64,000 bases of DNA from Candidatus Omnitrophota bacterium (GTDB lineage Bacteria > Omnitrophota > Gorgyraeia > Gygaellales > Profunditerraquicolaceae), in NCBI GenBank assembly GCA_023227985.1, contig JALOCB010000002.1, forward strand, positions 10,956-74,955, written 5' to 3'. Shown one piece after another: positions 47,206 through 56,421 of this stretch (position 1 is the first letter of the stretch; each line of letters begins with the position of its first letter). Position numbers and translations under genes: made by a program. Below the pieces are notes generated by a model. It saw only the letters and a list, made by a program, of their open reading frames with translations, searched no databases and was not told where the DNA came from.

Positions 47206-47466
47206 ATGCCGGATATCTTCAAAATTTATGAAAAGGCTTGTGCTTCTTCGAATAATCTTTCTTTTCTAGAGTTATGTAACTTAGTAGAAGGAGCGGGTTT
47301 CGTTTTTGATAGGCAGAAAGGTACATCGCATAAGATTTACAAGCATCCATTAATACGGGATAGGATAGATGCAATGGTTAATATACAAGATGTACATGGC
47401 AAAGCTAAAAGCTGGCAAGTGAAAGTAGTCTTAGATTTGATCGAAAAATACGGCTTAATAAAATAA
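47206..47466 (+). CDS. hicA: HicA-like toxin (type II TA mRNA interferase), N-terminally extended
   Basis: 86 aa; DRQKGTSHKIYKHP matches HicA GSHxxxxHP core; AT-rich; first gene of the pair as in hicAB. Confidence 0.55.
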   Translation: MPDIFKIYEKACASSNNLSFLELCNLVEGAGFVFDRQKGTSHKIYKHPLIRDRIDAMVNIQDVHGKAKSWQVKVVLDLIEKYGLIK

Positions 47467-47493
47467 TAAAGAATAAAAAAGGGGGCGGGCGCC

Positions 47494-48006
47494 ATGGGGA
47501 AATATTCAATTAATATTGTTTGGAGTGATGAGGATGCTGGATTCATTGCTACTATCCCTGAATTTAAGAATTTGTCAGCTTTTGGAAATACTTATGAAGA
47601 GGCTCTGAAAGAAGCTGAAACTGTTCTAGAAGGCTATATTGAATCTCTGAAAGCCGAGAATGTACCCTTACCAGAACCACACAAGATATCAGAATATAGT
47701 GGACAAACTCGTTTAAGAATGCCACGTGATTTACATCAGGCAATAGCGTTAGGAGCGCAAAGACAAGGGGTGTCCCAAAATACTTATATGGTAATGCTTC
47801 TTTCAATGAATTATACGATTAATTCCATGTTGCCAATAATTGAACACGCAGGAGAACATATATTTATAACTCGTGTAAGTTCCCGGGGCGTTGATAATGA
47901 CAAAACATATTATAACCCGCTAGTAGCTCATCGGAATAATTTAGTAACAAATGATAATACAATTGAAGTCAAAGGGTTGAATAATATTGTGAGAGGTGAT
48001 TTATGA
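47494..48006 (+). CDS. hicB: HicB-like antitoxin (HicB N-terminal RNase-H-fold domain + RHH-like DNA-binding segment, C-terminal extension)
   Basis: 170 aa; KYSINIVWSDEDAGFIATIPEFKNLSAFGNTYEEALKEAETVLEGYIESL matches UPF0150/HicB; RLRMPRDLHQAIALGAQRQG RHH-like. Confidence 0.6.
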   Translation: MGKYSINIVWSDEDAGFIATIPEFKNLSAFGNTYEEALKEAETVLEGYIESLKAENVPLPEPHKISEYSGQTRLRMPRDLHQAIALGAQRQGVSQNTYMVMLLSMNYTINSMLPIIEHAGEHIFITRVSSRGVDNDKTYYNPLVAHRNNLVTNDNTIEVKGLNNIVRGDL

Positions 48007-48398
48007 TTAAAAATATTTGGACGGTGTTAGCATCTAATATTATAACTGATAAAGAAACAAATATGGTAAGTTATGTTAATTGTATTGAAATAGTTATAAC
48101 TAAAGGTTTACCAGCGAAAATGCCAACTATTGGTATTGGCACTCTTTGGGAAAAAGAAACTGATCAAGATAATTCCTTAATGGTTAAAATAACATTAATT
48201 TCGCCCTCGGGGAAAATCAAAGATGTTTTTAAAACCGACAGTATACCTTTACCAGTTCGCCGACATCGGTTAAACATAATTGCTGGTAATTTGGTAGCTG
48301 AAGAAGAAGGTGAATATAAGATTCGAGTCGAGGTTATGGGTTTGGATAAATGGATTATTGCGAATGAAGTTCCATTTGTTGTTACGGTAAGAAAATAA
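48003..48398 (+). CDS. hypothetical protein, translationally coupled to hicB (no recognisable domain)
   Basis: 131 aa ORF overlapping hicB stop by ATGA; AT-rich codon usage like hicAB; no motif recognised. Confidence 0.4.
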   Translation: MIKNIWTVLASNIITDKETNMVSYVNCIEIVITKGLPAKMPTIGIGTLWEKETDQDNSLMVKITLISPSGKIKDVFKTDSIPLPVRRHRLNIIAGNLVAEEEGEYKIRVEVMGLDKWIIANEVPFVVTVRK

Positions 48399-48722
48399 AA
48401 GACAATAAGTAGAGTAATTAAATAATTAGCTAATTTGGAATGCCAATAAAAGAATTTGGCGGGAGTGCGAGCGAATGGAGATTTTAGCCAAAGCAGCTTG
48501 AGTATTTTGGGTATCCCGGCGGAGCGTAGCGACAACACCGGGACAGCGAGGATGTTAAGGAGCATTTGTTAGAATAAATGCGACGAGTTCCGCAACTGCC
48601 AAAATGCGAAAGACCTTTGGCGGCTCGATAGGGTAAAATCGACTTTGAGCGAACAACCCGGCAAATTCATTAAAATACCTTCCTATATCCGCTATCCGCA
48701 AAGCCGCAAGACCAGAAAATCT

Positions 48723-48751
48723 TTTGACAAATTAGCCAATTTCGTATATAT
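48723..48751 (+). promoter_or_regulatory. sigma70-like promoter for pgk (TTGACA-17-TATATT)
   Basis: TTGACA 48723-48728, TATATT 48746-48751, GGAGGA SD before ATG 48779. Confidence 0.6.
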
Positions 48752-48778
48752 TAATACTTTCTAATACTGGAGGAAAAG

Positions 48779-49962
48779 ATGGCAAAATTGACTGTAAAAG
48801 ACCTGGATTTGAAGAACAAAACTGTATTAATGAGAGCGGATTTTAATGTTCCGCTGGACGCTAACCTCAACATTACTGACGATACCCGCATCCGCGAAAC
48901 TTTACCCACGATCAAGTTTATCCTTGAAAAAGGCGCAAAAAAGCTCGTTCTGATGAGCCATTTAGGCAGGCCGGACGGCAAAAGAGTGGATAAATACAGC
49001 TTGAAACCGGTAGCAGCCAAGCTGGAAGAATTACTCAAAGAAAAAGTAAATTTCCTGAATGATTGCGTTGGCCCGGAAGTCAAGGCCGGAGTGATCAATT
49101 CTAAGGAAAGGATTGTCCTTTTAGAGAACCTTAGATATCACGCAGAAGAAGAGGGCAATAACGCGGATTTCAGCCAGCAGTTAGCCGCATTAGGCGAAGT
49201 TTTCGTTAATGACGCCTTTGGCACAGCGCACCGCGCTCACGCTTCCACAGCCGGAGTGACAGATTCCTTAAATCCGCCGCTGGTTTCCTGCTGGAAAAAG
49301 AGATCAAATATTTAGGCGACGCGGTAAGCAATCCCCAGAAGCCTTTTATGGTCATCCTGGGCGGGGCTAAAGTTTCCGATAAGATCGGGGTTATTGAGAA
49401 TTTACTGCCAAAATGCGAGGCTATTATCATCGGCGGCGGCATGGCTTATACCTTCCTGAAAGCCCAGGGCAAGGCTATCGGTAATTCCAAATTAGAGAAA
49501 GACAAGCTGGACCTGGCTAAATCCATCCTGGATAAAGCCGGCTCTTTGAAGAAAGAGATCGTTCTGCCGGTGGATCATGTGGTAGTTGAGACTGTGGACG
49601 CCAACGCCAAGTTCGAGATCACCTTGACAGACGCGATCCCTGATGGAAAGATCGCAGTGGATATCGGCCCGAAAACCATAGAATTGTTCAATTCCAAATT
49701 AAGCACGGCAAAAACCATTGTCTGGAATGGCCCGCTGGGTATCTTTGAGATGGACGCGTTCAGCAAAGGCACCTCTGAAGTAGGCAAATGCCTGGCAGGG
49801 CTTAAGGCAGTCACTATTATTGGCGGCGGTGATACCGCGGCCGCAGTGGCTAAATTCAAATTACAGGATAAGATGACCCATATTTCCACGGGCGGCGGAG
49901 CAAGCCTGGAATTCTTAGAGGGCAAGAATCTTCCCGGGATCGAGGCATTAACTGATAAATAA
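48779..49962 (+). pseudogene. pgk: phosphoglycerate kinase, interrupted by an apparent single-nucleotide deletion (frameshift near 49262-49267); could be a sequencing artefact
   Basis: ORF 48779-49315 ends ...[23 protein letters not shown]. The -1 frame reads [42 protein letters not shown] and continues into ORF 49348-49962. Canonical Pgk needs GVTD-FLKS, i.e. gatTtcc where the sequence has gattcc. Confidence 0.8.
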
Positions 49963-49974
49963 GATGTAGGGAGT

Positions 49975-50040
49975 TCTCATTCCGACTCGTAGGCATGCCG
50001 AAATGTATTTCGGCATACTCCTCGGAATCTCACTCCAAAT
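49975..50040 (+). repeat. extended imperfect palindrome between pgk and tpiA
   Basis: ATGCCGAAAT-gt-ATTTCGGCAT core with outer TTCCGA...TCGGAA and GAGTTCTCATTCCG...CGGAATCTCACTCC arms; no T-run. Confidence 0.5.
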
Positions 50041-50058
50041 AAAAACATAAGGAGTTCG

Positions 50059-50832
50059 ATGCGAAAAACTATTATAGCGGGTAACTGGAAGATGTATAAG
50101 ACCATAGGCCAGGCAATAGAATTGGCTAATGGTTTAAAGAGAGAACTTTTCAAAGTAGATGCCGCGAAAATAGATATCGTGATCTGCCCGGTGTTCACCG
50201 CGTTAAGCGAGACCGCTGAGGTGGTCGTTAATTCCAATATCGCTTTAGGCTGCCAGGATGTTTATTGGCAGGATGAAGGCGCGTTCACCGGTGAGGTATC
50301 GGTGCCGATGGCAAAGGACGCCGGATGCAAATACGTGATCATCGGGCATTCCGAGCGCAGGCAGTTCTTCGCAGAGACCAATGAGACAGTGAATAACAAG
50401 GTAAAGGCGGTATTAAAGCACGGGCTTACCCCGATCATCTGCTGCGGCGAATTACTGGCGGAGCGGGAGGGCAACAAGACTTTTGATGTTTTGACCGACC
50501 ATATCCAGAACGGCCTTAAAGGCCTGAGCGCTGATGACGCCTTGAAATGCGTTATCGCCTATGAACCGGTTTGGGCGATCGGCACCGGAAAGACCGCTAC
50601 CCCGGAGCAGGCCCAGGAAGCGCATAAATTTATCCGCGGTTTGCTGGAAAAGATGTATAATAAACAAACAGCTGACGCCATAAGGATACAATACGGCGGA
50701 AGCGTTAAGCCTGAGAATATCACGGAGTTAATGAGCCAGCCTGATGTTGACGGCGCCCTGGTGGGCGGCGCCAGCCTGAAGGTGGAGTCGTTCTCTGAAA
50801 TTATCAAACAGGCAGAAAAGGTGAATAAATAA
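50059..50832 (+). CDS. tpiA: triosephosphate isomerase
   Basis: 257 aa; AGNWKMYK, IGHSERR, AYEPVWAIGTG motifs. Confidence 0.92.
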   Translation: MRKTIIAGNWKMYKTIGQAIELANGLKRELFKVDAAKIDIVICPVFTALSETAEVVVNSNIALGCQDVYWQDEGAFTGEVSVPMAKDAGCKYVIIGHSERRQFFAETNETVNNKVKAVLKHGLTPIICCGELLAEREGNKTFDVLTDHIQNGLKGLSADDALKCVIAYEPVWAIGTGKTATPEQAQEAHKFIRGLLEKMYNKQTADAIRIQYGGSVKPENITELMSQPDVDGALVGGASLKVESFSEIIKQAEKVNK

Positions 50833-51242
50833 TGACTATAATTCTCTGGATCCATCTTATTGCTTGCTTTGCGCTGATCGCTCTTATACTTGTTCAAAGA
50901 GGAAGAGGCGGCGGGTTCGTGGATAGCTTCTCCAATCTTGAATCAATGTTCGGCACCAAAACCAGCTCGTTTTTGACCAAATTGACCACAGGCGCGGCAA
51001 TAACTTTTTTTCTGACCTGCCTGATACTTACCGGCCTGTCTTTGAAGCAGAGCCGTTCTTTGATGCGCGATGTTAAGAGCAAGCCGAAAGCGAGCGCGGC
51101 TGCTGCGGCGACTCCCGTGGCAAACGCCACTGCCGCTGCTCCGGCCGGACATACGCCTGCTGCTGCGAGCGCGGTGACTGAACAAAAGGCTCCGGCACCG
51201 GAAAAGGCCGCGGAAGAGACTAAGCCAGCGGTTAATAAATAA
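50832..51242 (+). CDS. secG: preprotein translocase subunit SecG with Ala/Pro-rich C-terminal tail
   Basis: 136 aa; two-TM SecG core (LILVQRGRGGG) then low-complexity AAAAATPVANATAAAPAG tail; pgk-tpiA-secG order is common. Confidence 0.7.
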   Translation: MTIILWIHLIACFALIALILVQRGRGGGFVDSFSNLESMFGTKTSSFLTKLTTGAAITFFLTCLILTGLSLKQSRSLMRDVKSKPKASAAAAATPVANATAAAPAGHTPAAASAVTEQKAPAPEKAAEETKPAVNK

Positions 51243-51253
51243 ACATAAACTCA

Positions 51254-52879
51254 GTGGGCAATGTAATTCCTAAAAATATTGTTATCATAAGAAAGCTGCC
51301 AATCATACTGGTAGCTTTTTTATTTGTTTTGCTTGCCGGGCTGGCTTTCGGCCAGGATAGAGGGGATGCCGTTGTCAGCGCTTCCATAGCCGACGCCCGC
51401 AATCTCCTTCCTATGCTGGCTTCGGACAGCTCTTCCAGCGAGGTAAGCGGGATGATCTTTAACGGCCTGGTCAAATACGATAAAGACCTGAATTTGACCG
51501 GAGACCTGGCGCAAAGCTGGGAGGTGCTGGAAGGCGGTCTGGTCATTATTTTCCATCTCAGAAAGAACATTGTCTGGCAGGACGGGGTCCCTTTTACCGC
51601 TGCTGATGTGGAATTCACCTATAACAAGATGATTGATCCGCAGGTCCGGACTCCATACGGCGGTGATTTTGAGCGGGTCAAGTCCCTGGAAGTCCTGGAC
51701 GACCATAATATCAAGGTAACTTATAAGGAGCCTTTTGTCCCGGGACTGGCCAGTTGGGGGATGTCCATAATCCCAAAGCATCTATTGGAAAAAGAGGACC
51801 TTAATGATACCAAATTCAGCCGTAACCCGGTGGGGACTGGCCCGTATAAATTAAAATCCTGGAAGCCGCAGGAAAAGATTGAGCTGACAGCCAACCCGAG
51901 GTATTTCGAGCATCAGCCGTATATCGACCGGGCAATTACCCGGGTTATCCCTGATGAATCCACGATATTTCTGGAACTGCAGACCCAGGGCGTTGATTCC
52001 TCAGGCCTGAGCCCTTTGCAATACAGCCGCCAGACTGACAGCGAGTTTTTTATAAAATATTACCGTAAGTTCCGGCTGCCGGGTTTTAATTACACATATC
52101 TGGGGTATAATCTGCGCGATTCCAGATTTTCGGACAAGCGGATCAGGCAGGCCTTGAATTACGCGGTGGATAAGAAAGAGATAATTGATATGGTCTTATT
52201 GGGATTCGGCAATATCGCCACCGGTCCGTATGTCCAGCAGTCCTGGGCGTATAACCGGTCGGTGAGCCCGGTGCCTTTCGATCCTAAAAAAGCTAAGCAA
52301 TTGCTCAAGCAGGCTGGCTGGGCAGACAGTGAAAGAAGCGGCTGGCTTGAAAAGAACGGGAGGATCTTTGAGTTTACCATTGTCACCAACCAGGGCAATG
52401 AAGAGCGCTTGAAGGTCGCGGAAATAATCCAGCGCAGGCTTAAGGATATCGGCATCCGGGTAAAGATCAAGGTGGTGGAATGGAGCGTTTTCCTTTCGGA
52501 GGTGATCGATAAAAAGAATTTTGAGGCGATCCTTCTGGGCTGGAGCGTGCCCAGGGAGCCGGATAATTTCGATATTTGGCATTCTTCCAAGACCAGGGAA
52601 GGGGAATTCAATTTCATCGGTTACAAGAATGAAGAGGTGGATAAGCTCCTTCTGGAAGGCCGCAGGACCTTTGACCAGCAGGAAAGGCGCAAGATATACA
52701 ATCGGATCCATACTATAATTTATGATGAACAACCGTATATGTTCCTGTTCACTTCGGAGAGTTTGTCCATACTGCATAAGCGCTTCCAGGGTATCAAGCC
52801 GGCTCCGGCGGGCATTGGCTATAATTTCATCGACTGGTGGGTCAAAACTGCCGATCAGAAATACCGAATAATTAAATAG
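51254..52879 (+). CDS. oppA: ABC transporter substrate-binding protein, family 5 (oligopeptide/dipeptide-type)
   Basis: 541 aa with signal peptide, SBP_bac_5 architecture; GTG start; followed by two permeases and two ATPases. Confidence 0.8.
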   Translation: MGNVIPKNIVIIRKLPIILVAFLFVLLAGLAFGQDRGDAVVSASIADARNLLPMLASDSSSSEVSGMIFNGLVKYDKDLNLTGDLAQSWEVLEGGLVIIFHLRKNIVWQDGVPFTAADVEFTYNKMIDPQVRTPYGGDFERVKSLEVLDDHNIKVTYKEPFVPGLASWGMSIIPKHLLEKEDLNDTKFSRNPVGTGPYKLKSWKPQEKIELTANPRYFEHQPYIDRAITRVIPDESTIFLELQTQGVDSSGLSPLQYSRQTDSEFFIKYYRKFRLPGFNYTYLGYNLRDSRFSDKRIRQALNYAVDKKEIIDMVLLGFGNIATGPYVQQSWAYNRSVSPVPFDPKKAKQLLKQAGWADSERSGWLEKNGRIFEFTIVTNQGNEERLKVAEIIQRRLKDIGIRVKIKVVEWSVFLSEVIDKKNFEAILLGWSVPREPDNFDIWHSSKTREGEFNFIGYKNEEVDKLLLEGRRTFDQQERRKIYNRIHTIIYDEQPYMFLFTSESLSILHKRFQGIKPAPAGIGYNFIDWWVKTADQKYRIIK

Positions 52880-53022
52880 GGGACGGTTCCTCGTTATCTA
52901 ACCTATTAGCAGATATTGAGATATAAGAAGGCTCTTAGCAGGCGAAATGGCATTATTTTTGGCAATTGCGTGGTTGTAACTTAAGGAGTGGGAAGCGGTT
53001 CGGAAGCAAGGAACCGTCCCCT
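52878..53022 (+). repeat. family C element: 145 bp bounded by perfect 15-bp TIR TAGGGGACGGTTCCT / AGGAACCGTCCCCTA, filling the oppA-oppB spacer
   Basis: Left TIR begins within the oppA stop codon TAG; right TIR ends 4 nt before oppB ATG. Confidence 0.7.
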
Positions 53023-53025
53023 AAG

Positions 53026-53997
53026 ATGAGCAAATATATTCTAAAAAGATTATTAGGGATGATACCGGTGCTCTTTGGGATCACTATTATCAGTTTTACC
53101 CTGATACATTTAGCCCCGGGAAAACCGACTACCCTTGACCAGGCGCTGAACCCTAAGGTCTCGCCGGAGATCCGGCTGAAGATGGTTAAGCTCTACGGTT
53201 TGGATAAACCTTTGGTCAGCCAGTACCTGGATTGGGTGAAGAGGCTTTGCGTTCTTGATTTGGGCCGTTCTTTCGGGGATAACCGGCCGGTCCTGGATAA
53301 GATCGTGGAAAGGATCCCTTTGACCCTGGCCATAAATATAAGTTCTTTGATCTTTGTTTTTCTGGTAGCCATACCTGTCGGCATAAAAGCCAGCCTTAAG
53401 CCGGGAAAGGGATTCGATAATTTTACCACTTTCCTGGGGTTTATTCTTTTCGCCATGCCGACTTTCTGGCTGGCTTTGCTGTTGATGCAGTTGCTATGCA
53501 TAACTTTGGGCTGGCTGCCGATCTCCGGGATAAAATCCCTGGACTATGAGTATTTCACTTTAGCGCATAAAGTCTGGGACCGGGTATGGCATTTGATCCT
53601 GCCGGTATTTGTTTCCAGCCTGGGAAGCCTGGCAGTCATCTCGCGTTATATGCGCTCAAGCATGATGGAGGCCTTGAGCCAGCCATATATTTATACTGCC
53701 AGGGCTAAAGGCCTGCCGGAAAGCAAAGTTGTTTATAAGCACGCTTTGCGCAACGCCAGCCTTCCCATAGTCACGATCATCGGTCTTTCCATACCCGGGC
53801 TCTTGGGAGGGAGCGTTATTTTTGAATCGCTCTTCGCCTTGCCCGGTTTGGGCAGGCTGTTCTATGAAGCGGTAATGATGCGGGACTACCCCTTGATCAT
53901 GGCAGAGGTGGCTCTGGGCGCTGTTCTGACTATGCTGGGTAACCTGATCGCGGATATAAGTTACGCTTACGTTGACCCGAGGATACGCTATAAATGA
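53026..53997 (+). CDS. oppB: ABC transporter permease (OppB/DppB type)
   Basis: MSKYILKRLLGMIPVLFGITIISF N-terminus typical of DppB/OppB; start at ATG 53026; ORF-track start at 52966 lies inside a repeat element. Confidence 0.8.
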   Translation: MSKYILKRLLGMIPVLFGITIISFTLIHLAPGKPTTLDQALNPKVSPEIRLKMVKLYGLDKPLVSQYLDWVKRLCVLDLGRSFGDNRPVLDKIVERIPLTLAINISSLIFVFLVAIPVGIKASLKPGKGFDNFTTFLGFILFAMPTFWLALLLMQLLCITLGWLPISGIKSLDYEYFTLAHKVWDRVWHLILPVFVSSLGSLAVISRYMRSSMMEALSQPYIYTARAKGLPESKVVYKHALRNASLPIVTIIGLSIPGLLGGSVIFESLFALPGLGRLFYEAVMMRDYPLIMAEVALGAVLTMLGNLIADISYAYVDPRIRYK

Positions 53998-54788
53998 AAA
54001 ATAATCCATATCTTATCTGCGGGATATTCATCATCGGCATTCTCAGCCTGGCCGCGATATTCGCTCCCTTGATCAGCTCTTATGATCCTTCGCAGATAGA
54101 TAGCCGGAGTTTATTGAGTTCGCCTTCTTCAGCGCATTGGCTGGGCACGGACAGCCTGGGCAGGGACCTGTTCAGCAGGATGATCTGGGGGGCGCGGATA
54201 TCTTTGTGCATCGGGATCATTGCAGTGGGCATATCCACTTTTTTAGGGCTGTTCCTGGGCGCTCTTGCCGGGTTCTACGGCAGGTTCATTGATACTTTGA
54301 TCATGCGTTTTTGCGATATCATGTTATGTTTTCCCACGTTCTTTCTGATCCTGGCTGTAGTGGCGATATTAGAGCCGTCCATCTTCAATATTATGATCAT
54401 TATCGGTTTGACCAGCTGGATGGGGCCGGCCAGGCTGGTCAGGGGAGAGATCTTGTCTTTGAAAGAGCGGGAATTTATCCAGGCGGAAACCGCGATAGGT
54501 TGCTCCGACCTGCGCATTATTGTCCGGCATCTGATACCCAATGCCGCGGGCCCGGTTTTGGTCAACGCTACCCTGGGTATTGCCGGAGCGATCCTGTTGG
54601 AATCCGGTTTAAGCTTTTTAGGCCTGGGCGTGCAGCCGCCTATGCCAAGCTGGGGAAACATCCTTATTGAATCCAAATCCACGCTGGGAATAGCCTGGTG
54701 GATAACTGTGTTCCCCGGGCTGGCTATTTTGATCACCATCCTGGGGTTTAATTTTATCGCCGAAGGGTTGAAGAAAGTCATCGGGTAA
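53994..54788 (+). CDS. oppC: ABC transporter permease (OppC/DppC type)
   Basis: 264 aa; EAA-like loop, overlaps oppB stop. Confidence 0.8.
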   Translation: MKNNPYLICGIFIIGILSLAAIFAPLISSYDPSQIDSRSLLSSPSSAHWLGTDSLGRDLFSRMIWGARISLCIGIIAVGISTFLGLFLGALAGFYGRFIDTLIMRFCDIMLCFPTFFLILAVVAILEPSIFNIMIIIGLTSWMGPARLVRGEILSLKEREFIQAETAIGCSDLRIIVRHLIPNAAGPVLVNATLGIAGAILLESGLSFLGLGVQPPMPSWGNILIESKSTLGIAWWITVFPGLAILITILGFNFIAEGLKKVIG

Positions 54789-54793
54789 GTATT

Positions 54794-55588
54794 ATGGATA
54801 AACTGCTGGAAGTTAAAAATCTGAAAGTCGAATTCCGGGTGGAAGATAAGTTCATCCACGCTGTTGCCGGCGTCGATCTGCAGGTCAATGCGAATGAAAT
54901 AGTGGTCCTGGCAGGGGAATCCGGCTCAGGCAAGAGCGCGACTGCGCTGGCTTTGACCAGGATACTTCCGGCCAACGCCAGGATAACTTCCGGGGAGGTT
55001 GTTTTTCAAGGAAGGGATATCCTGGGGCTTACGGAAAAAGAACTGATAAATATCCGGGGCAAAGACATATCTTATATATTCCAGGAGCCGGCAAGTTATT
55101 TGAATCCGGTTTACACTATCGGCAGCCAGATATCCGAGGTGATTGTTCTGCATCAGCACAAGAGCAGGAAAGAGGCGGATGAATTGGCCCTGGGATTGCT
55201 GGAGCAGGTCAGGATAACCGAGCCCAAGAGGGTTTTCTTCAGCTATCCGCATCAGCTTTCCGGGGGGATGAACCAGCGGGCTTTTATCGCTATGAGCCTG
55301 GCGGGCAACCCAAAGCTTTTGATCGCCGATGAGCCGACCACTGCCCTGGATGTCACTATAGAGGCGCAGATACTGGAATTGCTTTCGCAATTGCAGCAGC
55401 GGATGAAGTTTTCAATGGTCTTTATCACCCACAACCTGTCCATTGCCCGCAGGATCAGCCGGCGGGTTATTGTTATGTATCAGGGGAAGATCGTTGAGCA
55501 GGCGGACACGGCGGCTATATTTAAGTCGCCGGAGCATTTTCATACCAAAGAGCTGATCGCAGCTTATGAAAAGATCGGAAGGATTTAG
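54794..55588 (+). CDS. oppD: ABC transporter ATP-binding protein (OppD/DppD type)
   Basis: Walker A GESGSGKS, signature LSGGMNQR, Walker B LIADEPTTALD. Confidence 0.85.
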   Translation: MDKLLEVKNLKVEFRVEDKFIHAVAGVDLQVNANEIVVLAGESGSGKSATALALTRILPANARITSGEVVFQGRDILGLTEKELINIRGKDISYIFQEPASYLNPVYTIGSQISEVIVLHQHKSRKEADELALGLLEQVRITEPKRVFFSYPHQLSGGMNQRAFIAMSLAGNPKLLIADEPTTALDVTIEAQILELLSQLQQRMKFSMVFITHNLSIARRISRRVIVMYQGKIVEQADTAAIFKSPEHFHTKELIAAYEKIGRI

Positions 55589-55590
55589 AA

Positions 55591-56364
55591 ATGATCCTGG
55601 AGCTTAAGAACGTCACCAAGTCATTTCCCGGCCAGCAGGGGCTTATTAGCCGGCCGGGCCGGGTGTTCAATGCCTTGGACAATGTCAGCTTTAAGGTCGA
55701 TGAATTTACCACGCTGGGGATTGTGGGAGAGTCGGGTTCAGGCAAGACCACTTTAGCCAAGATAATACTGGATCTTATCCCTTTGACTTCAGGCGAGGTT
55801 ATTTTTAACCGGGAATTGATAGGTGATTTCCGCAAGGACGTGCAGATCATTTTTCAGAACCCGTATAACAGTCTTGACCCCAAGATGCGGATAAAGGAAA
55901 TGCTCTTTGAGCCGTTATCAATCCATAAGATAGCGCACGGCAGTGCCCGGTTAAAGAAAGCGATAGAACTATTGCAAATGGTGGAAATGGATGAGACTGC
56001 TTTGAACCGTTATCCTGCGGAATTCTCCGGAGGCCAGAGGCAGATGATCTGCATTGCCCGGGCATTGGCCAGCGAGCCGCGGCTGTTGGTCTTGGATGAG
56101 CCGGTGTCATCTTTGGACCTGACCATTCAGGCCAGGATATTGGAGCTGTTAGCCAGGCTGAAACAGAAGTTCCGGCTTACCTATATATTCATCAGCCATA
56201 ATCTGGGGGTCGTTAAATATATGGCGGATTCGGTGGCGGTGATGCGCGAAGGCAAAGTTGTGGAGTTAGCCAAGGCAGGGGATATATTCAGCAGCCCGGG
56301 GCAGGATTATACAAAAAGGCTGTTGGAGGCGGCTGCGCTGTCCCCATCAGTTGTGGCCTCATGA
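55591..56364 (+). CDS. oppF: ABC transporter ATP-binding protein (OppF/DppF type)
   Basis: Walker A GESGSGKTT, signature FSGGQRQ, Walker B LVLDEPVSSLD. Confidence 0.85.
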   Translation: MILELKNVTKSFPGQQGLISRPGRVFNALDNVSFKVDEFTTLGIVGESGSGKTTLAKIILDLIPLTSGEVIFNRELIGDFRKDVQIIFQNPYNSLDPKMRIKEMLFEPLSIHKIAHGSARLKKAIELLQMVEMDETALNRYPAEFSGGQRQMICIARALASEPRLLVLDEPVSSLDLTIQARILELLARLKQKFRLTYIFISHNLGVVKYMADSVAVMREGKVVELAKAGDIFSSPGQDYTKRLLEAAALSPSVVAS

Positions 56365-56384
56365 AAATTATTTTAAAAAAATGT

Positions 56385-56412
56385 TTGACAGAATTGCAAA
56401 GTATGATATACT
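56385..56412 (+). promoter_or_regulatory. sigma70-like promoter for rplM-rpsI (TTGACA-16-TATACT)
   Basis: TTGACA 56385-56390, TATACT 56407-56412. Confidence 0.55.
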
Positions 56413-56421
56413 TTTAAAACT

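Noticed and set aside
48164-48565. 133-aa minus-strand ORF overlapping the unknown hicB-coupled gene
   Set aside because: It is antisense to the plus-strand operon in AT-rich DNA, with no start signals. It is less plausible than the translationally coupled plus-strand ORF.
52966-53025. N-terminal extension of oppB (ORF-track start 52966)
   Set aside because: The extension lies inside the family C repeat. The canonical permease N-terminus MSKYILKRLLG begins at 53026.
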